Shown: one piece after another, positions 18,991 through 30,272 of the stretch | Position numbering within the stretch: the stretch's first letter is position 1 | Layout: every line of letters starts with the position of its first letter | Origin: Candidatus Anaerofilum excrementigallinarum | Lineage (GTDB): Bacteria > Bacillota > Clostridia > Oscillospirales > Ruminococcaceae | NCBI GenBank assembly: GCA_019115305.1 | Contig: DXDW01000130.1 | Coordinates: forward strand, 49-64,048 | Reading direction: 5' to 3' | DNA: 64,000 bases | Made by a program: the position numbers and the translations under genes | Notes under the pieces: generated by a model | Seen by the model: only the letters and a program-made list of their open reading frames with translations | Told to the model about the DNA's origin: nothing | Databases searched by the model: none

Positions 18991-21084
18991 TTGAGCAGCA
19001 ATGCAGAACATTTCAGCCATTTTGGCTGCAACGCCTTTGACGACCGGGTGATGCGCCAGCACCTGCCCCTGGACGTATACGAGAGCCTGCGCCGCATCCG
19101 GGACGACGGCTATCCCTGGGACCCCAAAGTGGCCGACGCCGTGGCCCATGCCATGAAGGACTGGGCCATCGAGCTGGGCGCCACCCATTATATCCACTGG
19201 TTCAGCCCCCTCACCGGGGTGGGCAGCGGCAAGCACGACAGCTTCATCGACGGCACCAACGCCGGCCAGCCCATTATCAAGTTCAACGGCAAGATGCTTT
19301 CCAAGGGCGAGAGCGACGCTTCCAGCTTCCCCTCCGGCGGTCTGCGGGCCACCTTTGAGGCCCGGGGCTACACCACCTGGGACCCCACCTCCCCCGCCTT
19401 TGTGCTGGGCACCACTCTGTATATCCCCACCGCCTTCTGCTCCTACACCGGCGAAGCTCTGGACCAGAAGACCCCGGTGCTGCGCTCCAACCAGGCCCTG
19501 AACAAGCAGGCTCTGCGGGTGCTGCGGGCTCTGGGCGACGAGGAGACCGTGTCGGTGCAGCCCACCGTGGGCGCCGAACAGGAATATTTCCTGGTGGACA
19601 AAGCCCTCTTTGACCAGCGGCTGGACCTGAAGGTGGCCGGCCACACGCTGTTGGGCGCCAAGCCCCCCAAGGGTCAGGAGCTGGAGGACCACTACTACGG
19701 CTCCATCAACGAGCGGGTGCGGGCCTTCATGCGGGAGCTGGACGACGAGCTGTGGGCTCTGGGCGTGCCAGCCAAGACCGAGCATAACGAGGTGGCCCCC
19801 GGTCAGTATGAGCTGGCCAGCGTCTACGCCACCGCCAACATCGCCTGCGACCACAACCAGATCATGATGGAGCTGATGCGCAAGGTGGCCCTGCGCCACG
19901 GCATGGCCTGTCTGCTCCATGAAAAGCCCTTTGCCGGCATCAACGGCTCGGGCAAGCACAACAACTGGAGCCTGGTGACCTCCAGCGGCAAAAACCTGCT
20001 GGACCCCACCGACGATCCCGGCCAGAACCCCACCTTCCTGGTGTTCCTCTGCGCCGTGCTGACGGCAGTGGACGACTACGCCGATCTGCTGCGGCTGTCC
20101 GCCACCTGCCCCGGCAACGAGTTCCGTCTGGGCGGCGGCGAGGCGCCTCCCTCGGTGATCTCGGTGTTCCTGGGCGACCCCATGGAGCAGCTGCTGGCCG
20201 GCATTGCCGAGGGCCACATCCCCGGCAAGAGCGAGCGGGCTCCCCTGCTCACCGGCGTAAAGAGCCTGCCTCTGCTGATGCGGGACGACAACGATCGCAA
20301 TCGCACCAGCCCCTTTGCCTTCACCGGCAACAAGTTCGAGTTCCGCATGGTGGGCGCCAGCCAGAGCATCGGCCTGGCCAACGCCGTGCTGGGCGCCGCT
20401 GTGGCCGACACTTTGCGCGCCTTTGCCGACCGGCTGGAAGCCGCCGAGGACAAGACCGCCTGTGTCTATGACATCGTAAAGGACACCTACAACAACCACG
20501 GCCGCATCATCTTCAACGGCAACAACTACTCCTTCGAGTGGGCCAACGAAGCCCGCCGCCGTGGTCTGCCCAACCTGCCCACCATGGTGGACGCCGCCGA
20601 GGCTTTCCTGGACGAGAAGAACATCGCCCTGTTCGAGCGCACCCATGTGTTCACCGCCGCCGAGTGCCACAGCCGCCACGAGATCATGCTGGAGACCTAC
20701 TCCAAAAACGTGAACATCGACGCCGCGGTGATGCTGGAGATGGTGGAGCGGCAGATCCTGCCCGCCGCCCTGCGGGAGCTGGACCAGGCCGCCGGCACCG
20801 CCCAGAAGCTGGCCGGGCTGCATGTCACCTGCCAGACCGCCACCGACATGGTGAGCCAGCTGTCCACTCTGGTGGACCGTGTATCCGGGCTGTCGGCCCA
20901 GCTGGCCCGGGCTCTGGCCAATGTGCCCAAGAACGGGGACGCCCGCCAGACGGCCGCCGCTTTCCGGGCTCTGTCCGCCGAGGAGATGAGCCGGCTGCGC
21001 AGCGCCGCCGATCAGCTGGAAGAGGCCATGCCCGCCAGCGCCTGGCCGGTGCCCAGCTACACCGATCTGCTGTTTGACCTGTAA
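18991..21084 (+). CDS. Glutamine synthetase type III
   Basis: GATHYIHWF, KHDSF, ESDASSFPSGGLRATFEARGY, HNEVAPGQYE, EKPFAGINGSGKHNNW, DRNRTSPFAFTGNKFEFR; TTG start after GGAGG. Confidence 0.95.
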   Translation: MSSNAEHFSHFGCNAFDDRVMRQHLPLDVYESLRRIRDDGYPWDPKVADAVAHAMKDWAIELGATHYIHWFSPLTGVGSGKHDSFIDGTNAGQPIIKFNGKMLSKGESDASSFPSGGLRATFEARGYTTWDPTSPAFVLGTTLYIPTAFCSYTGEALDQKTPVLRSNQALNKQALRVLRALGDEETVSVQPTVGAEQEYFLVDKALFDQRLDLKVAGHTLLGAKPPKGQELEDHYYGSINERVRAFMRELDDELWALGVPAKTEHNEVAPGQYELASVYATANIACDHNQIMMELMRKVALRHGMACLLHEKPFAGINGSGKHNNWSLVTSSGKNLLDPTDDPGQNPTFLVFLCAVLTAVDDYADLLRLSATCPGNEFRLGGGEAPPSVISVFLGDPMEQLLAGIAEGHIPGKSERAPLLTGVKSLPLLMRDDNDRNRTSPFAFTGNKFEFRMVGASQSIGLANAVLGAAVADTLRAFADRLEAAEDKTACVYDIVKDTYNNHGRIIFNGNNYSFEWANEARRRGLPNLPTMVDAAEAFLDEKNIALFERTHVFTAAECHSRHEIMLETYSKNVNIDAAVMLEMVERQILPAALRELDQAAGTAQKLAGLHVTCQTATDMVSQLSTLVDRVSGLSAQLARALANVPKNGDARQTAAAFRALSAEEMSRLRSAADQLEEAMPASAWPVPSYTDLLFDL

Positions 21085-21182
21085 TTCGGATTTTTCCACA
21101 TGATTTTCCGGCCCGCCGCATACGCTTTTGGTGTGCGGCGGGCTGTGCTGCCTGTTCAACGCGCCGCCGGAAAGGAGTTGCT

Positions 21183-22721
21183 ATGCGCCGCTTTGTATCC
21201 CTTCTGCTCAGCTGTGCGCTGCTGGCCCTGTGTTTTGTGGGCTGCGGCTCCAGCGAGCTGGTCACCTTCACCTGGCAGGTGGATTCCATGCCCAAAAGCC
21301 TGGACCCCCAGCTGGCCGGTTCGGTCTGTGAACGCACCGCCGCCGAACATCTGTTCCGGGGGCTGGTGATGCTGGACGCCGAAGGCCAGCCCGCCCCCGA
21401 CTGCGCCGAAAGCTGGACCGTATCCGCCGACGGCCTCACCTATACCTTTGACCTCCGGGACGACCTGTATTTTTACTCCTACGAGGAGGAGACCAACACC
21501 ATCCCCGTCACCGCCGATGACTTTGTCTTTGGCCTGGTGCGGGTATTCCTGCCCGAGACCGGCTCCCCCTACACCCAGCAGCTGGGGGGCATTGCCGGCA
21601 GCGCTGCCGTGATGGCCGGCGGGGATGAGTCCCAGCTGGGGGTTTCCGCCCCCGACGACAAGACGGTGGTCATCCGCCTGTCCGCCCCCGACGACACCTT
21701 CCTGTACAAGCTGTGCTGTCCCGGGGCCATGCCCTGCAACCGGGAATTTTTTGCTTCCACCCGGGGTTCCTACGGCCTTGCAGAGGAATATCTCCTCACC
21801 AACGGGGACTTCCAGCTCTACAACTGGGCCGCCGAAGGTGTGTTCCTCCGGCGCAAGGACGCCCCCGCCGGCGCCGCCAACAACCTGCGCCTGGTGCTGA
21901 CCGACCCCAACGAAACGGTGGAAGGGCTGGCCGCCCTGGACGAGGGGATCGTCAGCGGCATCGAGTACCGGGGCGAAGCCCCCGAAGGCTATGCCGCCCA
22001 GACCTTCACCGACACGGTGTGGGTGCTGCTCTTCAACAGCGGCGACTCCTCTCTGGCCAATCTGTCGGTGCGCCAGGGCCTGGCCCAGGTGCTGGGCAAG
22101 AGCCTGTCCGCCGGCCTGCCCGGCAGCACCTATACCGCCGCCGAAGGCCTGCTGCCTCCCGCCCTGCCCCTGCCCGACGGCAGCCCCGCCCAGGGCAATC
22201 GTCTGACAGCCTACGGCGACGCCCAGACCCTCTACCAGCAGGGCCTGGCCCAGCTGGGGGTGCAGAAGCTGTCCGGCATCACGGTGCTGCTGCCCCAGGA
22301 CGAAGGGGTGGGCAGCCTGTTTGAATCGGCCAACCAGCAGCTCCAGCGGGAACTGGGGGCCTTTTTCTCCCTCCAGAAACTGGAGGAGGAAGAGCTGTCC
22401 TCCCGCATCGCCGCCGGGGATTTCCAGCTGGCCTTGGTGCCCCTCTCCCCCTCGGACAGCGACGCCGCCGCCTTCCTTTCCCAGATCGCCGATTACAGCG
22501 GCGTGACGGCCGCGGCTCTGGATCAGCTGACCTCTACCACCCTCTCGGCCGACCAGCGCACCCGTCTGGTGCTGGAGGCCGAAAACCAGCTGCTGAACCA
22601 GGCCGCCGCGGTGCCTGTGTGGTTTGAGCAGCGCTCCTTCCTCACTTTGGCGGGCTGGTCGGGGATCATCTATTCTCCCTTCGGCCCCCGGCTCAGCCTG
22701 CGCAGCGCCTACTATAATTAA
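21183..22721 (+). CDS. OppA-like peptide ABC transporter substrate-binding lipoprotein
   Basis: Lipobox FVGC, SLDPQ, AESWTVSADGLTYTFDLR, PVTADDFVF. Confidence 0.88.
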   Translation: MRRFVSLLLSCALLALCFVGCGSSELVTFTWQVDSMPKSLDPQLAGSVCERTAAEHLFRGLVMLDAEGQPAPDCAESWTVSADGLTYTFDLRDDLYFYSYEEETNTIPVTADDFVFGLVRVFLPETGSPYTQQLGGIAGSAAVMAGGDESQLGVSAPDDKTVVIRLSAPDDTFLYKLCCPGAMPCNREFFASTRGSYGLAEEYLLTNGDFQLYNWAAEGVFLRRKDAPAGAANNLRLVLTDPNETVEGLAALDEGIVSGIEYRGEAPEGYAAQTFTDTVWVLLFNSGDSSLANLSVRQGLAQVLGKSLSAGLPGSTYTAAEGLLPPALPLPDGSPAQGNRLTAYGDAQTLYQQGLAQLGVQKLSGITVLLPQDEGVGSLFESANQQLQRELGAFFSLQKLEEEELSSRIAAGDFQLALVPLSPSDSDAAAFLSQIADYSGVTAAALDQLTSTTLSADQRTRLVLEAENQLLNQAAAVPVWFEQRSFLTLAGWSGIIYSPFGPRLSLRSAYYN

Positions 22722-22740
22722 AAAACAGGGAGATATTCCT

Positions 22741-22989
22741 ATGGATCGACTTACCCGCCGCACCCCCCAAGGGGTGGAATGCGACGACACCTCCGCCGCT
22801 CTGGAAAAGCTGGCCCGCTGCGAAGACCTGTGCCAGTACCTGGAACAGCGCCAGGACCAGCTGAGCCAAAAACTGGCCGACCTGCGGGCCGCCGGCAAAA
22901 CCAAAACCACCCAGTTCCGGGAACTCATGGGCGAAAAGCTGACCAACGGCCACACCATCGCCCTGCTCCACGCGAACCAGCTTCTGTGA
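22741..22989 (+). CDS. 82-aa hypothetical coiled-coil protein
   Basis: GGGAG RBS, MDRLTRR..ALEKLARCEDL..; followed by a terminator hairpin at about 22995-23026. Confidence 0.75.
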   Translation: MDRLTRRTPQGVECDDTSAALEKLARCEDLCQYLEQRQDQLSQKLADLRAAGKTKTTQFRELMGEKLTNGHTIALLHANQLL

Positions 22990-23144
22990 TTTTCCCCCCG
23001 CCTTTCACCGGCGGGGGATTTTTTTGCCCCTTTTCCCGGCCCAATGTCCCTCTTTTGGCCCCTTAGAGGGATTTTTTGTCTCTTTTTCATAAAAAGCCGC
23101 CTGGTTTTTGTTCCAGTCTCTACACCCTTCGTCTGGTTTCCCCC

Positions 23145-23173
23145 TTGACTTTGCCGCCGGATTTTTGTAAAAT
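23145..23173 (+). promoter_or_regulatory. Sigma-A promoter of fab operon
   Basis: TTGACT-N17-TAAAAT. Confidence 0.8.
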
Positions 23174-23177
23174 CTAT

Positions 23178-23217
23178 TCAAACAATTTAATTAAATTATT
23201 TTAACTAAATTGTTTGA
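23178..23217. promoter_or_regulatory. AT-rich palindromic operator over the fab transcription start
   Basis: TCAAACAATTTAATTAAA-ttat-TTTAACTAAATTGTTTGA, 18-bp arms, 1 mismatch. Confidence 0.7.
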
Positions 23218-23271
23218 GCATTTGACACGACCACATCTGAAAAACCAAAGATACAAAAGGAGATTACCAAT

Positions 23272-23496
23272 ATGTTTGAAAAAGTGCGCGACATCATCGT
23301 GGATACCCTGAGCTGCTCTATCGACGACGTGACCCTGGAGGCCAGCCTGGCCGACGACCTGGGCGCTGACAGCCTGGACGCTGTGGAGCTGAACATGGCT
23401 CTGGAGGACAAGCTGGGCGTTTCCATCCCCGACGAGGAGCTGGCCGGCATGAAGACCGTGGGCGACATCGTTGCCTATCTGGAAGCCAACGCCTGA
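23272..23496 (+). CDS. acpP: Acyl carrier protein
   Basis: DLGADSLDAVE phosphopantetheine motif. Confidence 0.96.
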   Translation: MFEKVRDIIVDTLSCSIDDVTLEASLADDLGADSLDAVELNMALEDKLGVSIPDEELAGMKTVGDIVAYLEANA

Positions 23497-23610
23497 TTTT
23501 TTCCGCAGATTCCGGCCCCGCCGCCCGGCTTTTTTCCAGCCGCCGCCGGGGCCGGTTTTCCTTGCAACAGAGCATCGCCCGCCCTTTCGCCGCGGGCCAT
23601 TGGAGGTATT

Positions 23611-24087
23611 ATGGAACTGGAACAGATCACTGCTTTGCTGGCCGCCTTTGACCAGAGCACCGCTGTGCGGCTGCGCTGGAAGAGCGGCGACCAACAGCTC
23701 ACCCTGGAAAAGGCCGAGGCCTTCCCCGCCCCTGTGGCTCCCGCGGCTGTGGCTGCGGCCCCTGTGGCTGCGGCTGCCGTACCCGCCCCTGCCGCTGCTG
23801 CGGCAGCTCCCGCCCAGGCTCCCGCCGCTCCCGCGGCCCAGGAGGAGGGCGAGGCCATCACCGCTCCCCTGGTAGGCACCTTCTACGCCGCCAGCGCCCC
23901 CGACAAGGCCCCCTTTGTGGCCGTGGGTGACAAGGTGAAGGCCGGACAGACCGTCTGCCTGCTGGAAGCCATGAAGATGATCAGCGAGGTGCCCGCCCCC
24001 TTCGACTGTGTGATCGAGGAAGTGGTGGCCGAAAACGGCCAGCTGGCCGCCTTCGGGGACGTGCTGTTCCGGGTGCGCCGGGTATAA
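23611..24087 (+). CDS. accB: Biotin carboxyl carrier protein
   Basis: Ala/Pro linker, APLVGTFY, EAMKM biotinylation site. Confidence 0.96.
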   Translation: MELEQITALLAAFDQSTAVRLRWKSGDQQLTLEKAEAFPAPVAPAAVAAAPVAAAAVPAPAAAAAAPAQAPAAPAAQEEGEAITAPLVGTFYAASAPDKAPFVAVGDKVKAGQTVCLLEAMKMISEVPAPFDCVIEEVVAENGQLAAFGDVLFRVRRV

Positions 24088-24100
24088 AAGGAGTCTGGGT

Positions 24101-25482
<1,382 letters not shown>

Positions 25483-25486
<4 letters not shown>

Positions 25487-26373
25487 TTTCCCCCTTTCAG
25501 CAGCGCCGCCAGCAGCTGGCGGCCCTGAGCAGCCAGCGGCAGAAACCGGCGGTCCGCCCCGCCGCCCCCGCTGAGCAGCCCAGCCCCTTTGTGGCCTGCG
25601 CCGGCTGCGGCGCGGCCATTCCCCGCCAGCAGCTGGCCGACTATTTCGGCGTCTGCCCTCACTGCGGCCACCATCATCCCCTGTCCGCTCCGGCCCGTCT
25701 GGCCATGCTGCTGGACGAAAACAGCGCCCGCACCTTGCGGCCCCGGCCCCAGTGGCGGGTGGACCCCCTGCATTTCCCCGGATACAGCGAAAAGCTGGCC
25801 ATGCTGCGGCGCAAGACCGGCCTGGCCGACGGGGTTCTCACCGCAGTGGGCACCATCGGCGGCTGCAAGGCCGTGGTTTCGGTGATGGACAGCCGGTTCC
25901 TCATGGGCAGCATGGGCGCCGCTCTGGGTGAGAGCATCACCCAGGCGGTGGAATACGCCCAGAAGCACAAGCTGCCTCTGATCATCTTCTGTGCCAGCGG
26001 CGGCGCCCGGATGCAGGAGGGAGCCGTCTCTTTGATGCAGATGGCCAAGACCAGCTCCGCTTTGCAGCGGTTCTCCCAGGCAGGGGGACTGTATGTGGCG
26101 GTGCTCACCCATCCCACCACCGGCGGCGTCAGCGCCAGCTTTGCCATGCTGGGTGACATCACCTTGGCCGAGCCCGGGGCCCTCATCGGCTTCGCCGGTC
26201 CCCGGGTCATCCAGCAGACCATCGGCGAAACCCTGCCCGAGGGCTTCCAGCGGGCGGAATACCTGCTGGACCACGGCTTTGTGGACCAGGTGGTGCCCCG
26301 GAGCCAGCTGCGCAGCACTTTGTCCCGCATCCTGCGGCTGCACACTGCCAAAGGAGGTATGACCAAATGCTGA
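25483..26373 (+). CDS. accD: Acetyl-CoA carboxylase carboxyltransferase beta
   Basis: CxxC..CxxC zinc ribbon, FLMGSMG, SGGARMQEG, PTTGGVSASF. Confidence 0.95.
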
Positions 26374-27308
26374 AAGAACTGGACGACCGCATGGAGGCTT
26401 TGCGGGGCAAGCTGGAACAGCTTCACCCCGAGACCGAAGCCCAGCAGCTGGAATACGACCAGCTGCGCCGCTCTCTGGCCGAGCTGCAGGACGCCTACCG
26501 TCCCCGCACCGCCGCCGACGAGGTGTATCTGGCCCGGCATCCCGCCCGGCCCTCCATCACCGACTACATAGAAAACCTCTTCACCGACTTCTTCGAGCAG
26601 CGGGGCGACCGGCTGTGCAAGGAGGACGGCAGCATCCTGGGGGGCGTGGCCCTGTTCCACGGCATGCCCGTCACGGTGATGGGCCACCGCAAGGGCCGCA
26701 CCCTGCCGGAAAACCTGGCCTGCAACTTCGGCATGCCGGGGCCCGAGGGCTACCGCAAGGCCCTGCGGCTGATGAAGCAGGCGGAAAAGTTCGGCCGCCC
26801 CATCATCACCTTTATCGACACTCCCGGCGCCTACCCCGGCAAGGAAGCCGAGGAGCGGGGCCAGGCCGAGGCCATCGCCCGCAATCTGGCCGAGATGAGC
26901 AGCCTTTCGGTTCCGGTGATCTGTGTGGTCACCGGCGAGGGCAGCAGCGGCGGCGCCCTGGCGCTGGGCGTGGGAGACGCGGTGCTGATGCTGCAGCACG
27001 CCGTCTACGCGGTGCTCAGCCCCGAGGGCTTTGCCAGCATTCTCTGGAAGGATTCCTCCCGCTGGCAGGAGGCCGCCGGGCAGATGAAGCTCACCGCTCC
27101 CGATCTGCTGGAACTGGGGCTCATCGACGGCATCGTGCCCGAGCCCGCCGGTGGCGCTCACACCGACCCCGCCGCCGTCTACCGGGCACTGGACAAGGAG
27201 CTGTACGCCCGGCTGCACGCTTTGTGCCGGATGCGCCCCGCCGCCCTCACCGCCGCCCGCTTCCAGAAGCTGCGGGCCATGGGCAACCTTGGGAAGGAGC
27301 AAGCATGA
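26367..27308 (+). CDS. accA: Acetyl-CoA carboxylase carboxyltransferase alpha
   Basis: NFGMPGPEGYRKA, IDTPGAYPG, GEGSSGGAL, SPEGFASIL. Confidence 0.95.
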   Translation: MLKELDDRMEALRGKLEQLHPETEAQQLEYDQLRRSLAELQDAYRPRTAADEVYLARHPARPSITDYIENLFTDFFEQRGDRLCKEDGSILGGVALFHGMPVTVMGHRKGRTLPENLACNFGMPGPEGYRKALRLMKQAEKFGRPIITFIDTPGAYPGKEAEERGQAEAIARNLAEMSSLSVPVICVVTGEGSSGGALALGVGDAVLMLQHAVYAVLSPEGFASILWKDSSRWQEAAGQMKLTAPDLLELGLIDGIVPEPAGGAHTDPAAVYRALDKELYARLHALCRMRPAALTAARFQKLRAMGNLGKEQA

Positions 27309-28270
27309 AGGGAATCAACATCCTCTCCACCGGTCTGGCACTGCCCGGCCGGCGGGTGACAAACGACGATATGGCCGCCATGGTGGAGACCAGCGACGAG
27401 TGGATCTCCACCCGCACCGGCATCCGCCAGCGGTATTTCTGCGCCGAGGGCCAGGCCGGCTGGCAGCTGGCCGCCCAGGCCGGTGCCCGGGCCCTGGAAA
27501 ACGCCGGGGTATCCCCCCATCAGATCGGGGTCTGTCTGGTGGCCACCATGACCCCCGCCTTCGCCACCCCCTCCGCCGCCTGTCTGGTACAGCGGCAGCT
27601 GGGGCTGGAGGAGAGCACCCTGTGTTTTGACATCAACGCCGCCTGCAGCGGCTTTGTATACGCCCTCATCACCGCCCGGGCCCTGCTGGAAAGCAGCCCC
27701 AAGCCCTACGCTTTGGTCATCGGGGCCGAGGCGCTGAGCAAGGTGACCGATTTCACCGACCGCTCCACCTGCGTGCTGTTCGGTGACGGCGCCGCCGCCG
27801 CGGTGATGGAACTGACCGACCTGCCCTTTGCCGCCGTGCAGGGGGCCCGGGGTGACGACCAGGCTCTGGTCTGCCCCGGCTTCGGCAGCGCTCCCCAGCA
27901 TCTTTCCATGGACGGCCGGGCGGTGTTCCGGTTTGCGGTGGAGGTTCTGCCCCGCTGCGTGGACGGAGTGCTGGAACAGAGCGGCCTTGCTATGAACGAC
28001 ATCGACTATGTGGTCTGCCACCAGGCCAACAAGCGCATCATCGACCATGTGGTGCGCCGGGCCGGGGCCGACCCCGCCAAATTTTATATGAATATGGACC
28101 GCTACGGCAACACCTCGGCGGCCAGCATCCCCCTGGCTCTGGAGGATATGCGGGCTGCCGGGCTGCTGCGTCCGGGCATGCGCCTGGTCTGCGCCGGTTT
28201 CGGCGGAGGCTTCACCTGGGGCGGCGTGCTGGTCCACTGGAACGTGAAAGGAGAAACAGTATGCGACTGA
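27305..28270 (+). CDS. fabH: 3-oxoacyl-ACP synthase III
   Basis: TSDEWISTRTGI, AACSGF, HQANKRI, YGNTSAAS; true start ATG 27305. Confidence 0.95.
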   Translation: MKGINILSTGLALPGRRVTNDDMAAMVETSDEWISTRTGIRQRYFCAEGQAGWQLAAQAGARALENAGVSPHQIGVCLVATMTPAFATPSAACLVQRQLGLEESTLCFDINAACSGFVYALITARALLESSPKPYALVIGAEALSKVTDFTDRSTCVLFGDGAAAAVMELTDLPFAAVQGARGDDQALVCPGFGSAPQHLSMDGRAVFRFAVEVLPRCVDGVLEQSGLAMNDIDYVVCHQANKRIIDHVVRRAGADPAKFYMNMDRYGNTSAASIPLALEDMRAAGLLRPGMRLVCAGFGGGFTWGGVLVHWNVKGETVCD

Positions 28271-29196
28271 ACGAGATCCTCGGCACCGAATTCCCCCTGA
28301 TCCAGGGCGGTATGGCCAACATCGCCACCGGCACCTTTGCCGCCGCCGTCTCCAACGCCGGGGCCCTGGGCCTCATCGGCGCGGGCGGCATGCGGGCCGA
28401 GCAGCTGCGGGAGGAGATCCGCATCTGCAAATCTCTCACCGATAAACCCTTCGGCGTCAACATCATGCTGATGAACCCCGACGCCGACCAGATGGCCCAG
28501 ATCGTGGTGGAGGAAGGCGTGAAGATCGTCACCACCGGCGCCGGCAACCCCGGCAAGTACATGGCCGCCTGGAAAGAGGCGGGCATCAAGGTGATCCCCG
28601 TGGTGCCCGCCGCCGTGCTGGCCCGCCGCATGGAAAAGGCCGGGGCCGACGCCGTCATCGCCGAGGGCACCGAGAGCGGCGGCCATGTGGGCGAGATGAC
28701 CACCATGGCTTTGGTTCCCCAGGTGGTGGACGCGGTGAATATCCCCGTCATCGCCGCCGGCGGCATTGCCGACGGCCGCCAGCTGCTGGCCGCCTTTGCC
28801 CTGGGCGCTGTGGGCGCCCAGCTGGGCACCTGTCTGCTGGCCAGCGAGGAGTGCCCCATCCACCCCAACTACAAGGAAGCCATCCTCAAGGCTTCGGACA
28901 ACGACACCATCGTCACCGGCCGCATCGGCGGCACCCCGGTGCGCATTCTGAAAAACCGCATGGCCCGGGAGTACGTCAAGCAGGAAAAGGCCGGAGCCGA
29001 CAAGATGGAGCTGGAAAAATACACCCTGGGTTCTCTGCGCCGGGCTGTATTTGAGGGCGACGTCCAGACCGGCAGCCTTATGGCCGGTCAGGTGGCCGGC
29101 ATGGTCCACGAGATCCGCCCCCTGCGGGCCATCTTCGAGGACATGATGGCCGGGGCCGACGCCACTCTGGCCGCTCTGAACGGAGAAAAGGCATGA
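28261..29196 (+). CDS. fabK: Enoyl-ACP reductase II
   Basis: PLIQGGMA, KPFGVNIMLM, EGTESGGHVG, AAGGIADGR, GSLMAGQVAG. Confidence 0.92.
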   Translation: MRLNEILGTEFPLIQGGMANIATGTFAAAVSNAGALGLIGAGGMRAEQLREEIRICKSLTDKPFGVNIMLMNPDADQMAQIVVEEGVKIVTTGAGNPGKYMAAWKEAGIKVIPVVPAAVLARRMEKAGADAVIAEGTESGGHVGEMTTMALVPQVVDAVNIPVIAAGGIADGRQLLAAFALGAVGAQLGTCLLASEECPIHPNYKEAILKASDNDTIVTGRIGGTPVRILKNRMAREYVKQEKAGADKMELEKYTLGSLRRAVFEGDVQTGSLMAGQVAGMVHEIRPLRAIFEDMMAGADATLAALNGEKA

Positions 29197-30272
29197 GCGC
29201 CCCCTCTCTGTCCCGGCTGTCCTTGCCCGTCATCCAGGGAGGCATGGGCATCGGGGTATCTCTGGGCAGCCTGGCGGGGCATGTAGCCGCCGCCGGAGCC
29301 ATGGGGGTGATCTCCACCGCCAATCCCGGCTACGCCGAGGCGGATTTCTGGCCCAATCCCGCCGCCGCCAACCTGCGTGCCCTGGCCGCCCAGATCAGCA
29401 AGGCCAAGGCCATCGCCCAAGGGGCGGGTCTGGTGGCGGTGAACGCCATGGTGGCCACCACCCGCTATGCCGAGACGGTGGCCGCGGCCATCGCCGCCGG
29501 AGCCGACGCGGTGATCTCGGGGGCCGGACTGCCCCTGGATCTCCCCGCCGTGGCCGGGGCCGAAAAGGTGCTGCTGGCCCCCATCGTGTCCAGCGGCAAG
29601 GCCATCTCCACCATCTGCAAGCTGTGGCACCGTCGCTTTGCCCGGATGCCCGACTTCGTGGTGGTGGAAGGTCCCCTGGCCGGGGGACATCTGGGCTTTA
29701 CCAAGGCCCAGCTGGACCAGAAGCCCCTGCCCAGCCTGGAAGGGCTGGTGAAGGAGGTATGCGCTGCCCTGGCACCCTGGGCCGCCCAGTACGGCCGTGC
29801 CATCCCGGTATTCGCTGCCGGGGGCGTATGGAGCGGGGCTGACATCGCCGCTCTCCAGTCCGCCGGAGCCGCCGGGGCCCAGATCGCCACCCGGTTCATC
29901 GCCACCGAGGAGTGCGACGCCGCCGATGGCTACAAACAGCGGATGGTCCAGGCCAAAGACGAGGATGTGCGCATTGTGCAGAGCCCCGTGGGCATGCCCG
30001 GCCGGGCGCTGTACAGCCCCCTGATCCGCCGTCTGGAGACCGCCGGACGGATTCCCCCTGTCCGCTGCGCCGGCTGTCTGGTCCCCTGCAAGCCGGCCGA
30101 GACCCCCTACTGCATCACCAACGCCCTCATAGAAGCCGTGAAAGGCAACTGGGAGGAGGGCCTGTTTTTCTGCGGCGGCAACGTAGGCCGCATCGATTCC
30201 ATCACCACCGTACCCCGGCTGCTGGAGCAGCTGGCACAGGAATGGCATACCGCCAGAAGGAGCCAAGGATGA
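29193..30272 (+). CDS. Nitronate monooxygenase-family flavoprotein with Cys cluster (FabX-like)
   Basis: PVIQGGMGIGVS, ISGAGLP, EGPLAGGHLG, SPVGMPGRA, CAGCLVPC..YCI. Confidence 0.8.
   Translation: MSAPSLSRLSLPVIQGGMGIGVSLGSLAGHVAAAGAMGVISTANPGYAEADFWPNPAAANLRALAAQISKAKAIAQGAGLVAVNAMVATTRYAETVAAAIAAGADAVISGAGLPLDLPAVAGAEKVLLAPIVSSGKAISTICKLWHRRFARMPDFVVVEGPLAGGHLGFTKAQLDQKPLPSLEGLVKEVCAALAPWAAQYGRAIPVFAAGGVWSGADIAALQSAGAAGAQIATRFIATEECDAADGYKQRMVQAKDEDVRIVQSPVGMPGRALYSPLIRRLETAGRIPPVRCAGCLVPCKPAETPYCITNALIEAVKGNWEEGLFFCGGNVGRIDSITTVPRLLEQLAQEWHTARRSQG

Noticed and set aside
23720-23840. GCT/GCC/CCC-rich repeat in accB
   Set aside because: Normal Ala/Pro linker of biotin carboxyl carrier proteins
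26615-27304. Long N-terminal extensions on fabH (similarly fabD, fabF, fhs, rimO, ftsE) in the ORF track
   Set aside because: They overlap upstream genes or intergenic DNA; RBS positions and family N-termini support the shorter starts used here
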